From the IMG/VR virus record IMGVR_UViG_3300006919_000002: 64,000 nucleotides of DNA, one strand, 5' to 3'. This DNA is from an uncultured virus (IMG/VR IMGVR_UViG_3300006919_000002). Its lineage: Duplodnaviria > Heunggongvirae > Uroviricota > Caudoviricetes. A program made the translations under genes and the position numbers. Each line of letters opens with the position of its first letter. Positions within the stretch are counted from its first letter, which is position 1. Shown here in pieces: positions 20,146 through 29,740 of the stretch. The notes beneath the pieces are model-generated. The model did not search any database. It worked only from the letters and a program-made list of their open reading frames with translations, and was not told the origin of the DNA.

Positions 20146-20556
20146 TCAAATCCTAATAAGATTTGCTGAAAAGACAGAATCCCAATCGACTCTTTTAATT
20201 TGTCTCAACTGCTCAAGGTTGCTAAACTTTTCACCCGATAAAGACATCTGAAGATCTTTGATTTCCTTGGCAGTCTTAATGCCGATTCCTTTTACATGAT
20301 CAGCAATCATTTGTGCAGTTGCATTGTTAATGCTTAATCGTGTTTCAGGAGGAAATGTCCTAGGTTCTTCTTTTGCAGCTTTATCTTTGACTTGAAGTGT
20401 CTTAACGGCTGTGGTTGCTGGTTTATCTTCTACTAACTCATTTTTATAAGCTGTAAAGACTCGATCATCTTGATCTTTAACCATAAACCAATCGCCGTCA
20501 TCCCACTCAGTAACAACTGTTACCCGAGCACCTGTTTTTGTGTGTTGATAAAGCAT
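20146..20556 (-). CDS. Helix-hairpin-helix (ComEA-like) domain protein
   Basis: LSINNATAQMIADHVKGIGIKTAKEI...FSNLEQLRQI. Confidence 0.75.
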   Translation of the reverse strand: MLYQHTKTGARVTVVTEWDDGDWFMVKDQDDRVFTAYKNELVEDKPATTAVKTLQVKDKAAKEEPRTFPPETRLSINNATAQMIADHVKGIGIKTAKEIKDLQMSLSGEKFSNLEQLRQIKRVDWDSVFSANLIRI

Positions 20557-20599
20557 TAGGACCAGATATTTAATACCTGGTCCTAGTTTACCTCATCTA

Positions 20600-21379
20600 T
20601 CAGGAAACGGTGCGAGCAGGAATGTAGGCTTCGATATCTTCGTAGCCGGGGGCGCTGTCGGCTTGGAAGTAACATGCTTCCACCACCAGATAGCCTTTCA
20701 GGCCTGCGTCTGCATCAGCAGCAGAGATCTGAATAGCAGCACCGGTAGCCGTAGCATTTGCCGTTGCTTTAGAGAACACAGAATAAGTTTCTGCACTCGT
20801 AATTGCACGATAAACATTGTCAGCGGTAACACCAGCGGCCCCGGTTGCAGTCAACACAGGCACACTGCTTAACGCAGAATCACCAGCTGCATAGAAACCA
20901 CCAGCACCGGAAGCTAAGTTGGCTTGAGCAACGCCTTCACCAACGCCACTAGCGGCAACGGGAGCACCGCCATTGTTGCGACCAAAAGAAATTACAGCGG
21001 AAGTGCTGTAAACACCAGATGCCACACGATTATCGCCCCAACCGGATGCAACCGAAATGGTTGCACGATAAATATATGCAGGTTGCGCGGCACTACCAGA
21101 AATCACCATGCCGGTGATGTCAGGACGGGTGTCATCGTTTCTATAAGGAGAAGGAACGATTACATTGCCAATACCGTTAACAGCGGTCGTACCGCTACCA
21201 ACCTCGACATAGCCGCGTTGCTGAAAATAACGATAACCAGGAGTAGCCAACACAGAAGTGGGGCCGCCTAAAGAAGCGTTATTAGTACCATCATCGTTGG
21301 TATCGATGTTTTTATACCAACCATTAAGAGCCGAGGTTTGGTTACCCGGATAGATTTTTTTTGCAGATAAGTAGCTCAT
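20600..21379 (-). CDS. Abundant virion structural protein (putative)
   Basis: Directly after MCP, GC-richer codon use like MCP, Ala/Gly-rich. Confidence 0.65.
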   Translation of the reverse strand: MSYLSAKKIYPGNQTSALNGWYKNIDTNDDGTNNASLGGPTSVLATPGYRYFQQRGYVEVGSGTTAVNGIGNVIVPSPYRNDDTRPDITGMVISGSAAQPAYIYRATISVASGWGDNRVASGVYSTSAVISFGRNNGGAPVAASGVGEGVAQANLASGAGGFYAAGDSALSSVPVLTATGAAGVTADNVYRAITSAETYSVFSKATANATATGAAIQISAADADAGLKGYLVVEACYFQADSAPGYEDIEAYIPARTVS

Positions 21380-21413
21380 CTATTTTTCCTATGTATGTTT
21401 ACTTGACTAAAAA

Positions 21414-22577
21414 TCAAACTGTGCCGTCATCTTGAACAAAGCTATAAGCATTGGTCACAAAGTCCTTATTCAGGATTTCAAAACCTGCGTACAGTTGCCA
21501 AATCAAGATGATGAAGCGGCTAAAGTCATCGTTGTTGTTAATAAGCACTTGAGCGTTAGGACCGCCCACACCAACACCAACGGACTGAGGACCAAAGAAG
21601 AAGCCTTGTGAAACTTCCTTGGAAGCATAGCTGGAGCCGTTATCGAAGGAAGCAGTAACGTTCTTAGTCGGGAAGTTGGTGGACTCGAAGAACTTCACAC
21701 CTTCAAACTGGACGCCAGTAGGCATCACAGGCTCACCAGCCAGGAAGTAACCTTGACCAGCCTGGGGACCCATGTAGAAGCTGGCATTGTTAGGCATCAT
21801 GGGGTTGCCCATGTACATGCCTTGGCCAGGAGCACCAGCGTAACGAGCGATCTCACGGAAGTCAGGATCACGACGCAGATGCATCATGAACACGGGATCG
21901 CAAATGCAACGATACAAACCGTCAGCAAAGGTAGGAACGTTGCGCTTACGCAGATCCTTAACAACAGTCAGCAGGTCAGTACGCACTGAGAACTGTTGTA
22001 CTTGGCTGCCATATTCATCGGTGGTGTAGGAAACACGACCGGAAGAATCCTTAGTCTTGCCACCAGCGAAATAGTAACCACCTTGGGAGCTAGAAGCAGC
22101 ACCATTGGCTTCAGACTTAGCGAGTTCATCAAGGAACACGCGATCACGCCAACGACGATAGTCATCCAGCAACGTTAAGGAGCCGATCGACTGGTGGAAC
22201 ATATTCAGATTACCGGTGTCCAGCAGCAGGCGCTGGGCGGTAATCAGAGTTTCACGAGCAATCTTAAAGGTAGAAGGCTGGGTGGGATCACCCGGATCTG
22301 CAGGGCCGGTGTATTCCTTCAGCACAACAAGCACCTTCTCCTTGGTGATGTTGCGGCTGTTAGCAGTACCAATGGTTTGGTCAGCAATACGCTCACGGCT
22401 GTCCTTGGTACCAGGAGTACCCCAGAACTTATAGCGGTCTAACTGAACGGTTTGACCAGGTTGGCGGGTGAAGTCATGAACAACAACCGGCTCAACGGCC
22501 ATCTCGCAAATATACGCCGGGTGGGGACGATAGAGTTCCGCACCTAGAATCTTTGGAAAATCGTTATCAATAAACAC
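21414..22577 (-). CDS. Major capsid protein
   Basis: 387 aa after portal and scaffold; GGAGG RBS with GTG start; GQTVQLDRY, GVKFFES and FFFGPQSVG segments fit an HK97-fold MCP; strongly biased codon use. Confidence 0.8.
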   Translation of the reverse strand: MFIDNDFPKILGAELYRPHPAYICEMAVEPVVVHDFTRQPGQTVQLDRYKFWGTPGTKDSRERIADQTIGTANSRNITKEKVLVVLKEYTGPADPGDPTQPSTFKIARETLITAQRLLLDTGNLNMFHQSIGSLTLLDDYRRWRDRVFLDELAKSEANGAASSSQGGYYFAGGKTKDSSGRVSYTTDEYGSQVQQFSVRTDLLTVVKDLRKRNVPTFADGLYRCICDPVFMMHLRRDPDFREIARYAGAPGQGMYMGNPMMPNNASFYMGPQAGQGYFLAGEPVMPTGVQFEGVKFFESTNFPTKNVTASFDNGSSYASKEVSQGFFFGPQSVGVGVGGPNAQVLINNNDDFSRFIILIWQLYAGFEILNKDFVTNAYSFVQDDGTV

Positions 22578-22695
22578 TTTGTGTTATCCTCCAGTGTCTT
22601 AGGAAGTTGGGTTATCGGGAAAAAGATTCAGACAATTTGTGTCTTATCTAACAAAGATTTTAGCAGCCGGTAATTTTTCTATTACCGGCACTAAA

Positions 22696-23685
22696 TCACT
22701 CCATTACAAATAATTTATTTGCAACTGTTTGAGGTTGAGCTTGGTTAAGAACTCTCCATGCGTTTTGAGGATCTCTAGCCATTTGCTCTTGGAAGGTACC
22801 CCAGAAATTCTGAGGAGACTGAGGAGCTTCGGCGCTAGGCGGTGCAGGGAAATTTTGCTGAGGCTGATACTGATTAACAGGAGCCGTGGGATAGCCTTGA
22901 GTTTCCAATTGTGCTTCGTTTTCGTAAACAGGATACGGACCTTCAGGACCAAAGAACTTCAAAGTGTAGTCACTAAGAACATCGGGATTGGTCAGAATTT
23001 CGTTATAAGCCAAGTTTTCATTATGCTCGTTAACAGCAAACTTGGCATAACCTTTCAGAGAATTAACGACCCGATCGCCCCATGCCACGGCGCTGTCGAG
23101 CATTCCTTCCAGGTTTAGAGCGTAGTTGTTCAGAATCGCTGGTGCCTCGATCCCGAATGCGTCCACTACCTCTCTGCTCTCCTGACTCATTCCCAGGTAA
23201 TCCGCGATTTCCGCTAAAGACGGATTCGAGGAGGTTTGGGAATAGTTGGGCGAGGATGTCTGGTTTGTTTGCCAGGTCTGCTGATCCGATGGATAAGTAG
23301 CTGGGCTGTTGGTTTGACCGTAATTGGCCGGGGTAGGTTGAATCGTCTGTTCCGAGGGTGCTGCCTGGAACGGGGATTGCACTGGTGAACTCAGCAGGTT
23401 CACCACCTTGTTGAATGCCGATTCCCAAGGATTCGGTACCTGCGGGGCTTCCGGGGCCGGTTGGGATTGGGGGGCGTACTGAGTAGGGGTTGATTGGTAA
23501 CTGGGGATTCCCTGTGGTACGGCTTGGGGGTATTGGGTTCCCACCTGGTAAGCCACTGGAGCCACTTGTTGCTGAGGCACTGCCTGGGGCTGAGGTGCCG
23601 GAGCTGCCGCGACGTAGCTGCTTGGAGCGACGGCCGGTTGTACTTGGCTCGTCTGTGGGGTCGATTGGACGGTAGCGTCCTGCAT
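22696..23685 (-). CDS. Putative capsid scaffolding protein
   Basis: Gln/Pro-rich, low complexity, between portal and MCP. Confidence 0.65.
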   Translation of the reverse strand: MQDATVQSTPQTSQVQPAVAPSSYVAAAPAPQPQAVPQQQVAPVAYQVGTQYPQAVPQGIPSYQSTPTQYAPQSQPAPEAPQVPNPWESAFNKVVNLLSSPVQSPFQAAPSEQTIQPTPANYGQTNSPATYPSDQQTWQTNQTSSPNYSQTSSNPSLAEIADYLGMSQESREVVDAFGIEAPAILNNYALNLEGMLDSAVAWGDRVVNSLKGYAKFAVNEHNENLAYNEILTNPDVLSDYTLKFFGPEGPYPVYENEAQLETQGYPTAPVNQYQPQQNFPAPPSAEAPQSPQNFWGTFQEQMARDPQNAWRVLNQAQPQTVANKLFVME

Positions 23686-25426
23686 AACTCATCTCCTTTT
23701 GTAATGCTTCTAAAGTTCGATACAGATATGGCGTTAAATCCAACCTGGGATCCGCAGCCATTGGAAGATCCGGTGACTGCGGGTGGGGAGTCTGCATCAT
23801 TCCCCCCACTAGGCGAGCAAACGAAGAGTAAGCACCCTGTAGTTCATTCACCATCCTGAACGGAAACCCCGATAGCATCGCGGCCCGTTCCTCATCCGTT
23901 TTAGACGGAAAGAGGTATTTCAGTGCTTCAATACTATCAACACCTAATTCTTGCAGGTTCCTTACAACTATAGAGTTATTTAGAATATCTTGTGTAGAAT
24001 CTTCGTAAACAGGTCCTAGCCAACGCCATTGAACAGTAATATCACCATCAGGAATTAAACCTTGAACCCCAGGAGGAATTTGTTGCGTCTGAAGACACAT
24101 CATCATCAATTGTTTGACTTGCTCTTCAAATGCGTTCATTGCCATCTCATAAGCAGCAATGTCTTCATCTGTTGATTGTTCAGGAAGATCCAAAGGTTTT
24201 TCTAAACCTGCTGCAGCTGCTAATGATTCTTTAAACAGTTTTTCTTCTTGGAATATAATTAATTCAAGGCAACGACAAATTCCGTATGTATAAATAGCTG
24301 TTGCTTTTTTCTTTGATGTCGCAGAAACGCGACCAAACAACGACTTGTATTCAGTTGCTGTTACACCAGCTGAAATGGAAAGTTCGTCTACACCGCCAAG
24401 AGCTGTTCTGATTTCTTCTCGATAAGTACGTGCAAATGCATTTTGATCACCAGTGATTGCATCAGGAACAATGTAACCAACACGATCATTTGGTTCTAAG
24501 TTTGCAATAACTCTAGGAACACGAATTTGACCGTCAACTCCACGAGAAATAGGATCAGATTTAAATCTAGATTGACTTAAAGGACCTGAACCTGCAAAAC
24601 CAGAGTTAGCAGCAATAGACGGTCTCTGTACAACTGCATCACCACCGGCTTCCATTAAATCTGTTTTAGGTCTTGATGAAAGCAGTGTTGGATTACCAAA
24701 GAACTGTACATTCTTCCGCATCGTGCGGACAATTTCATCATGAATAACAATATGATTTGCCAATGCATCGAATTCACCCGCGCCTTCATTTGAAAAACCT
24801 TTCGGGTTATTAAAAATTTCTACACAAGGAATAAAGCCTAAGGTGTTTGTAAATGTTTTAGTTTTACCACCAAAACCCTGAGGAGTGTTTTCAAATGAAA
24901 TCTCTCCTTCTGAATGAGTTTCTTCAATTGTTTTTCTTTTAATTGAAAGACGAATATATCTTTTGGATCCATTCTGACCAGGTATTTCCATACCTGTTAA
25001 ATCTTTTGTGCCAATATCTTGTGTACCAAATCCGTTCCGAACTTTATAGCTATAGATGATCACCACTTCATCTAGATCACCATCAGCATTGTAATAACTG
25101 CGATACTCGTGAGATCTAAAGTAATAAAGTCTGTAATTGTTTTTGGTAGGACGAACATAAAAAAGACCTTGGCCATCACAAAGAAAATAATCCCAGATAG
25201 AATCAAATCTGGTATCAAGCATGTTGTATTTAACAACACGATCTAAAAAGTCTTTTCTTTGATTGCCAAAATTATCTTGTGCTGGAAAAAACTCAACACC
25301 TTGACGGATGCCAAACATCCGCATTTGTGCTAAATGGCCTGCAACAATACCAGTGTCAACAGCCTCTCCGCCATCTTTATTCAGATAAGCGTTAATAATT
25401 TCTCTAAGCCGTGTTTTTGCTTCCAC
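23063..25426 (-). CDS. Portal protein (putative) with overprinted C-terminal extension
   Basis: Position between terL and scaffold/MCP; NTLGFIPCVEIFNN segment typical of portals; last ~207 codons overlap the scaffold gene. Confidence 0.75.
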   Translation of the reverse strand: MEAKTRLREIINAYLNKDGGEAVDTGIVAGHLAQMRMFGIRQGVEFFPAQDNFGNQRKDFLDRVVKYNMLDTRFDSIWDYFLCDGQGLFYVRPTKNNYRLYYFRSHEYRSYYNADGDLDEVVIIYSYKVRNGFGTQDIGTKDLTGMEIPGQNGSKRYIRLSIKRKTIEETHSEGEISFENTPQGFGGKTKTFTNTLGFIPCVEIFNNPKGFSNEGAGEFDALANHIVIHDEIVRTMRKNVQFFGNPTLLSSRPKTDLMEAGGDAVVQRPSIAANSGFAGSGPLSQSRFKSDPISRGVDGQIRVPRVIANLEPNDRVGYIVPDAITGDQNAFARTYREEIRTALGGVDELSISAGVTATEYKSLFGRVSATSKKKATAIYTYGICRCLELIIFQEEKLFKESLAAAAGLEKPLDLPEQSTDEDIAAYEMAMNAFEEQVKQLMMMCLQTQQIPPGVQGLIPDGDITVQWRWLGPVYEDSTQDILNNSIVVRNLQELGVDSIEALKYLFPSKTDEERAAMLSGFPFRMVNELQGAYSSFARLVGGMMQTPHPQSPDLPMAADPRLDLTPYLYRTLEALQKEMSYAGRYRPIDPTDEPSTTGRRSKQLRRGSSGTSAPGSASATSGSSGLPGGNPIPPSRTTGNPQLPINPYSVRPPIPTGPGSPAGTESLGIGIQQGGEPAEFTSAIPVPGSTLGTDDSTYPGQLRSNQQPSYLSIGSADLANKPDILAQLFPNLLESVFSGNRGLPGNESGEQRGSGRIRDRGTSDSEQLRSKPGRNARQRRGMGRSGR

Positions 25427-25428
25427 TG

Positions 25429-25632
25429 TTATTGTCTTTTATTTTTATACATCCTAGCAGCTTTTCCAGCTTTCTTGGCTTTTTCTGTGTTAGGAACAAA
25501 TTGTTTTCCTTTGCGACTAGCTTCTTTTTTCTTGTCGTCAGTTTCTTTGCGTTCTTCTGGTGAAAGTTTTGCCCAAGCTGCTTTGGGCAAGTAACGTTCT
25601 GTTCTTCCTTTTTCAATTGCTTTGTCTGCCAT
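25429..25632 (-). CDS. Small basic protein (C-terminal half of a DUF5872-like family)
   Basis: ERYLPKAAWAKLSPEERKETDDKK...GKQFVPNT. Confidence 0.7.
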   Translation of the reverse strand: MADKAIEKGRTERYLPKAAWAKLSPEERKETDDKKKEASRKGKQFVPNTEKAKKAGKAARMYKNKRQ

Positions 25633-26387
25633 TATCTTTTAAATGTGAGATCAATTTGATAAGGACTAAATTTCATAGGCAGTGCATACATTAAAGATCT
25701 TGCAACATCCGACACAGGATTAAAAGTTCCACTTTGACCTTTATATTGAAGTTGATCTATTATGCCTTTTAGTCCTTGTTTATCAGGCGGTAAAAACTCA
25801 CGATTATCTCTTATTGCTCCTGTTTCACGATTAAAACTATAGCCCGGTATAAAAGTTGATTTTAATAAATTAAAAGCTTTATCAGGTTGAAATTTTCCAC
25901 TTACTAAATCAGGGTCTTCTGCTTCATTAACCATATCGTACGTATCTGTTACCCTAACAGTTGTAGGAGTAACTTCTGCATTAAACCTGCCTAAAGTGTT
26001 AGTTACATCTTTATCTGCAAATTGGTTATAAGGATTTACTGGCCCAGAAGTAGGTATACCAGGCCCTGGAGCGGGAACTGTTACACTTTCCAGTCTAGAT
26101 GGATCTCCTCTTAATGCTGCTCTTTCGTTATCCCAAGTTGGTACCATTCGTTGTGCTGTTGGAGGTTTTTCAGTAGCCCTAATAAGAGAACGTTGTGTAC
26201 TGGGATCTAATTGTAAATTTCTATTTCCAATTCCTGTAATGTAACGCATAAATAAATTAAAACGGTCCGGCAATTGATTCATGCCAGCCGCAGCTGCGTC
26301 TTTGGCTGTATTTGTAAGAACGTTTTGAAATTTTCCTGCAAGCCCTCGAAATGTTTGAGCTGGTTTTAAACTATTAAAAATAGGCAT
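25632..26387 (-). CDS. Hypothetical protein
   Basis: ORF track; NTLGRF...VTDTYD; contains LAGKF. Confidence 0.7.
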   Translation of the reverse strand: MPIFNSLKPAQTFRGLAGKFQNVLTNTAKDAAAAGMNQLPDRFNLFMRYITGIGNRNLQLDPSTQRSLIRATEKPPTAQRMVPTWDNERAALRGDPSRLESVTVPAPGPGIPTSGPVNPYNQFADKDVTNTLGRFNAEVTPTTVRVTDTYDMVNEAEDPDLVSGKFQPDKAFNLLKSTFIPGYSFNRETGAIRDNREFLPPDKQGLKGIIDQLQYKGQSGTFNPVSDVARSLMYALPMKFSPYQIDLTFKR

Positions 26388-26671
26388 TAGTTTTTCTCCT
26401 TGTACTTTTTAGCTGCTGTAGCTGCTTTCTTTCCTTTCTCGTATTCTTCTCTAGTTTGCCAATCTTCTTTACCCCATTTCTTTAATGACTTTTGTTTTTC
26501 CCCTTCTCCCCCTTTGTAACCGCCACCGGCTTTTTTATATTCTGACGCGACTAGCTGCGCTTTACGTGCAGACCACTGGCCAGGCTTACCACCTTTGGAT
26601 CCTTCTGTAATTCGTTTTTTAATTCGTTCACGAAGCGCTGGCTTCGTGTATTTGGAGTCGTCTTGTGCCAT
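26387..26671 (-). CDS. Small basic protein (N-terminal half of a DUF5872-like family)
   Basis: KYTKPALRERIK...GGKPGQWSARKAQL...YKKAGGGY. Confidence 0.75.
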   Translation of the reverse strand: MAQDDSKYTKPALRERIKKRITEGSKGGKPGQWSARKAQLVASEYKKAGGGYKGGEGEKQKSLKKWGKEDWQTREEYEKGKKAATAAKKYKEKN

Positions 26672-26784
26672 TCTTTTTCAATTGTTTTTTAACTTCTAAC
26701 CACTTATCAAAGTAAATAAGTTCAGCATCACTAAAAAGTTCTGGATGTTTAAGTGCTTGCTTAACTAATTTTTTTTTTCTTCAT
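26628..26784 (-). pseudogene. Small ORF frameshifted at an A10 homopolymer
   Basis: ATG AAG + A10 gives an immediate stop; A9 would give MKKKKLVKQALKHPELFSDAELIYFDKWL. Confidence 0.5.
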
Positions 26785-27152
26785 GAAAAGCCAGGAATGT
26801 TTGGAATAGTTGTACCGTATGGATTATTAACTTGATTTTGTAATGCTAAATAAGATTGCATACCTGCCACATTGCCCATCATTGGGTTTGGACCCATTGA
26901 ATACAAAGCATTAGGCAAGTTGCTAGTTCCTGCCATGGGGGTTCCATTACCTGGCGTAGGAACAATAAACATTTCTTTATCTAATTCTTCTCTGCTTTTA
27001 TCATTAGGCAAAACAGGTTGAGAATAAGGACTGCTGCCGCCTCTAATAGTAAATCTTGGATCACTTAAAGGATTAAATTTACCACCCGCAACAAGACCGC
27101 CCAGGTTGCCAATAGCGCCTGCAGCACTTGAATCACCGTAATGATAGCTCAT
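26781..27152 (-). CDS. Hypothetical protein
   Basis: ORF track; ATGA overlap. Confidence 0.6.
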   Translation of the reverse strand: MSYHYGDSSAAGAIGNLGGLVAGGKFNPLSDPRFTIRGGSSPYSQPVLPNDKSREELDKEMFIVPTPGNGTPMAGTSNLPNALYSMGPNPMMGNVAGMQSYLALQNQVNNPYGTTIPNIPGFS

Positions 27153-27331
27153 TCTTCTAAAACCTCTACGCCAGGATTATCATTAACTTTACTTAGTATA
27201 ATTCCACCACTCTTTAAATCCCATTGAAGGATATCTCCTTCGTTCCAGTTTAACTCTTCACATAATTCATCTGGAAACGCAATAAAACAATCACCATTTA
27301 CGTCTTCTTGTATTTCTAGAATGTAACTCAT
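27149..27331 (-). CDS. AbrB/MazE-like DNA-binding protein
   Basis: GDCFIAFPDELCEELNWNEGDILQW swapped-hairpin pattern. Confidence 0.7.
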   Translation of the reverse strand: MSYILEIQEDVNGDCFIAFPDELCEELNWNEGDILQWDLKSGGIILSKVNDNPGVEVLEE

Positions 27332-27627
27332 TTTTGTAAAAGCTTTTCAATTAGCTTATCAAGTTTTATGTTAATCTGCTTAAAATTTTCGTGAAGTCCT
27401 TGTATTTCTCTTAAAAAATCTACTTTTAAAACGTAATCAATAGGTAAACGATTAATCTGGTCTTCCAAAAGATCTACTCTCCTCTTTTGTGATCCTATGT
27501 AATCAAAAGCCTGTTTGACACGCTCGTTTTGACGTTCTAAAATCTTGGTTGCAGTCCATCCACCAGCCGTTATGGCCGATATCATCGCAGTCACACCGAT
27601 TGCAACATATTCGGGACCCATTATCAT
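27328..27627 (-). CDS. Membrane-anchored coiled-coil protein (holin-like candidate)
   Basis: N-terminal hydrophobic helix then heptad-rich tail. Confidence 0.6.
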   Translation of the reverse strand: MIMGPEYVAIGVTAMISAITAGGWTATKILERQNERVKQAFDYIGSQKRRVDLLEDQINRLPIDYVLKVDFLREIQGLHENFKQINIKLDKLIEKLLQK

Positions 27628-27652
27628 TTATGCGCTTTTTTAATTTTAAACG

Positions 27653-29179
27653 TTAGTAATCAAGATGCAATTGTCCTTTTCTTGATAAACCATTCACAAG
27701 CCAAACCAAAGCATCTACACAATCATCATGGCTACTAACTCCGAAATTTGTGAGTTCCTCAAAGAGATTAGTGAAGTTCCTATAACGGTTAAAAATAATT
27801 TTTCTGTCTTCAAACATTCCCATAATTCCTCTAAATCGTGCCAACTTGTCTGCACGGAATCCCTTGACTGGATGCCAAATCAAGTTATAGAGACCTTCGT
27901 TATTTAAACAAATACGTTTAAAATCAGCTTCCAGGGAGGCCTGATATTGTACCGCTTCAGACCAAATGTCACATGTTGAATAAGTTGGAAACGGTACATT
28001 ATTTTGGTCCATTCCAATAATGGACCAATCATGAAGTAGTTCTTTTAATGCATCCAGTTTTTCTAAGTTACCCATAACACGTATTCTTCTGTAATCAATA
28101 ATATGAATACGATCTTCAATCCTTCCACCTAATACCATAACGGTGTAATCGTTTTTCTCTTTAGTGCCCGCAGACAAGTCAACCCCTACACCCAAGGTAT
28201 CAAATTCAGTAGAAATTTCTGCTTTAACAATAAGTTCTGGTGCAAGTGATAGTTCGTTTTGACGAACAATCTGATTCATATATTGGAAAGAAAAAGCAAT
28301 TGGCGCTTGCCGTTTCTTTTCTTTTAGATATTCAAGTGACCACATATCTGGCCAGTATGATTCCTCTTCTCCTGTTTCTGGATTGTTTTGAATTGCTGAC
28401 AAAACAATTTGTGACCAGTTGTTTTGTTCATTAAATGTAGTTGCATGGATATCATCATGTCTAAACCTAGTACCCAAACAAATAGCTCTCGCCCCTTCAA
28501 ACATCGTTGGTGCAATCACTGCATTCCAGTTGTCCTGCATTGTTTTACGGATATCTGGGTTTGCAATATCAGCAGATGATTTAATAGCGTCATCAATCAT
28601 CACTAGGTGAGAACGCTTGGAGGTCACAGAACCTTTAAGTCCAGCGGCGCAAAGCGTAAACTGTTCTTCACCAGTGGTATCAATACCTGCAAATCGATGA
28701 TCGATTGACCAGTATTCATTACTGGTTACATTTTTCATTAAACGAACGGTTGGAAAAACTTCTTGATATCTTTTGCTTTCAATGATTCGTTTAATTGTTG
28801 CAGACTTAGATCTTGCAATATCAACCGTATAAGACAAATACAAGATCTGTAAAGGCATCTTTGCTGTAGTGTGAATACCAATAGCCCATGCTGTTAACAA
28901 ACCAAGCACAGTACTCTTAGCTGATCCCCTGGGAGCCAATAAATCAACGTTTGGTCCTGCAATGCGAAGCAAACAAGAACTATCTTGTTCAGGCACAAAA
29001 TGTTTATGCCATTCTTTGTGGTGCTCCGCAGGAGGTTTATCTGCTACATATTCACAAAAAAAGCCAAAGTCTTCTCTAGCTCTTTCTAAAAGTTCTTTAT
29101 TTTTGTCTTCTTTTAATCGATAATTTTTTGATGCCGCTCTTGCATTTCTTCTAAGCGCTAAATGAATGTAAGACGGCAC
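27653..29179 (-). CDS. terL: Terminase large subunit
   Basis: Walker A LAPRGSAKST, Walker B LVMIDD, GTR coupling motif, nuclease GVDLS...DYT...HDDCVDA. Confidence 0.92.
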   Translation of the reverse strand: MPSYIHLALRRNARAASKNYRLKEDKNKELLERAREDFGFFCEYVADKPPAEHHKEWHKHFVPEQDSSCLLRIAGPNVDLLAPRGSAKSTVLGLLTAWAIGIHTTAKMPLQILYLSYTVDIARSKSATIKRIIESKRYQEVFPTVRLMKNVTSNEYWSIDHRFAGIDTTGEEQFTLCAAGLKGSVTSKRSHLVMIDDAIKSSADIANPDIRKTMQDNWNAVIAPTMFEGARAICLGTRFRHDDIHATTFNEQNNWSQIVLSAIQNNPETGEEESYWPDMWSLEYLKEKKRQAPIAFSFQYMNQIVRQNELSLAPELIVKAEISTEFDTLGVGVDLSAGTKEKNDYTVMVLGGRIEDRIHIIDYRRIRVMGNLEKLDALKELLHDWSIIGMDQNNVPFPTYSTCDIWSEAVQYQASLEADFKRICLNNEGLYNLIWHPVKGFRADKLARFRGIMGMFEDRKIIFNRYRNFTNLFEELTNFGVSSHDDCVDALVWLVNGLSRKGQLHLDY

Positions 29180-29209
29180 AAGTTAAACAGCTAATGATTA
29201 AATCTTAGC

Positions 29210-29371
29210 TTATTTTTTATCCTTTTGATCTTTTTGTTTTTTGTACTTACGTGCTTTATCAAGAGCAGCTGCACGTTTTTCTTTGTCATTCATTTCTGTG
29301 CCGTCTTCTTTTTTGGCTTCTTTTTTCTTAAAATATTCAAGAAGCTGTGGGGGCATTTTACCTTTAGCCAT
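29210..29371 (-). CDS. Small basic protein (53 aa)
   Basis: Read manually: MAKGKMPPQLLEYFKKKEAK...ALDKARKYKKQK; TAATG coupling. Confidence 0.7.
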   Translation of the reverse strand: MAKGKMPPQLLEYFKKKEAKKEDGTEMNDKEKRAAALDKARKYKKQKDQKDKK

Positions 29372-29703
29372 TAGCGAAAACCTCTCATCATTCGGGGATC
29401 AAATCGATTTGCCATACCCGGACGCATCATAATACCTGGTCCAGGAATAGGTCCTCTTGCATTAAATTGACCTTGTTGAGCATTAATTCTATTTAAGTTT
29501 TCTCTTCTTGCTGATTCAAATAAATCGGCTAACTGTTGTTCTTCAAGCTCTTGAGAACCAGTTTCTTCTTGTTTTTTAATATTTTGCCGTGAGCTGACAA
29601 AACTAGGAGCATCTTGTCTTTCTTGTTTTTGATTTATAACACGACCATTTCTTAATTGCCCTCCCAAGGGGACATAAACAGATTGTGCTTTTCGCCCTGA
29701 CAT
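29371..29703 (-). CDS. Hypothetical protein
   Basis: ORF track. Confidence 0.6.
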   Translation of the reverse strand: MSGRKAQSVYVPLGGQLRNGRVINQKQERQDAPSFVSSRQNIKKQEETGSQELEEQQLADLFESARRENLNRINAQQGQFNARGPIPGPGIMMRPGMANRFDPRMMRGFR

Positions 29704-29740
29704 TATGTATGAATAAAAACTTGTATTAATTCTAATACTG

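Noticed and set aside
20146..20556. PsbU photosystem II protein
   Set aside because: Only the generic helix-hairpin-helix pattern matches; no signal peptide; located in the capsid operon
20663..23859. Several plus-strand ORFs over the capsid, scaffold and portal genes
   Set aside because: Antisense shadows favoured by GC-richer, biased codon use; no RBS or motifs
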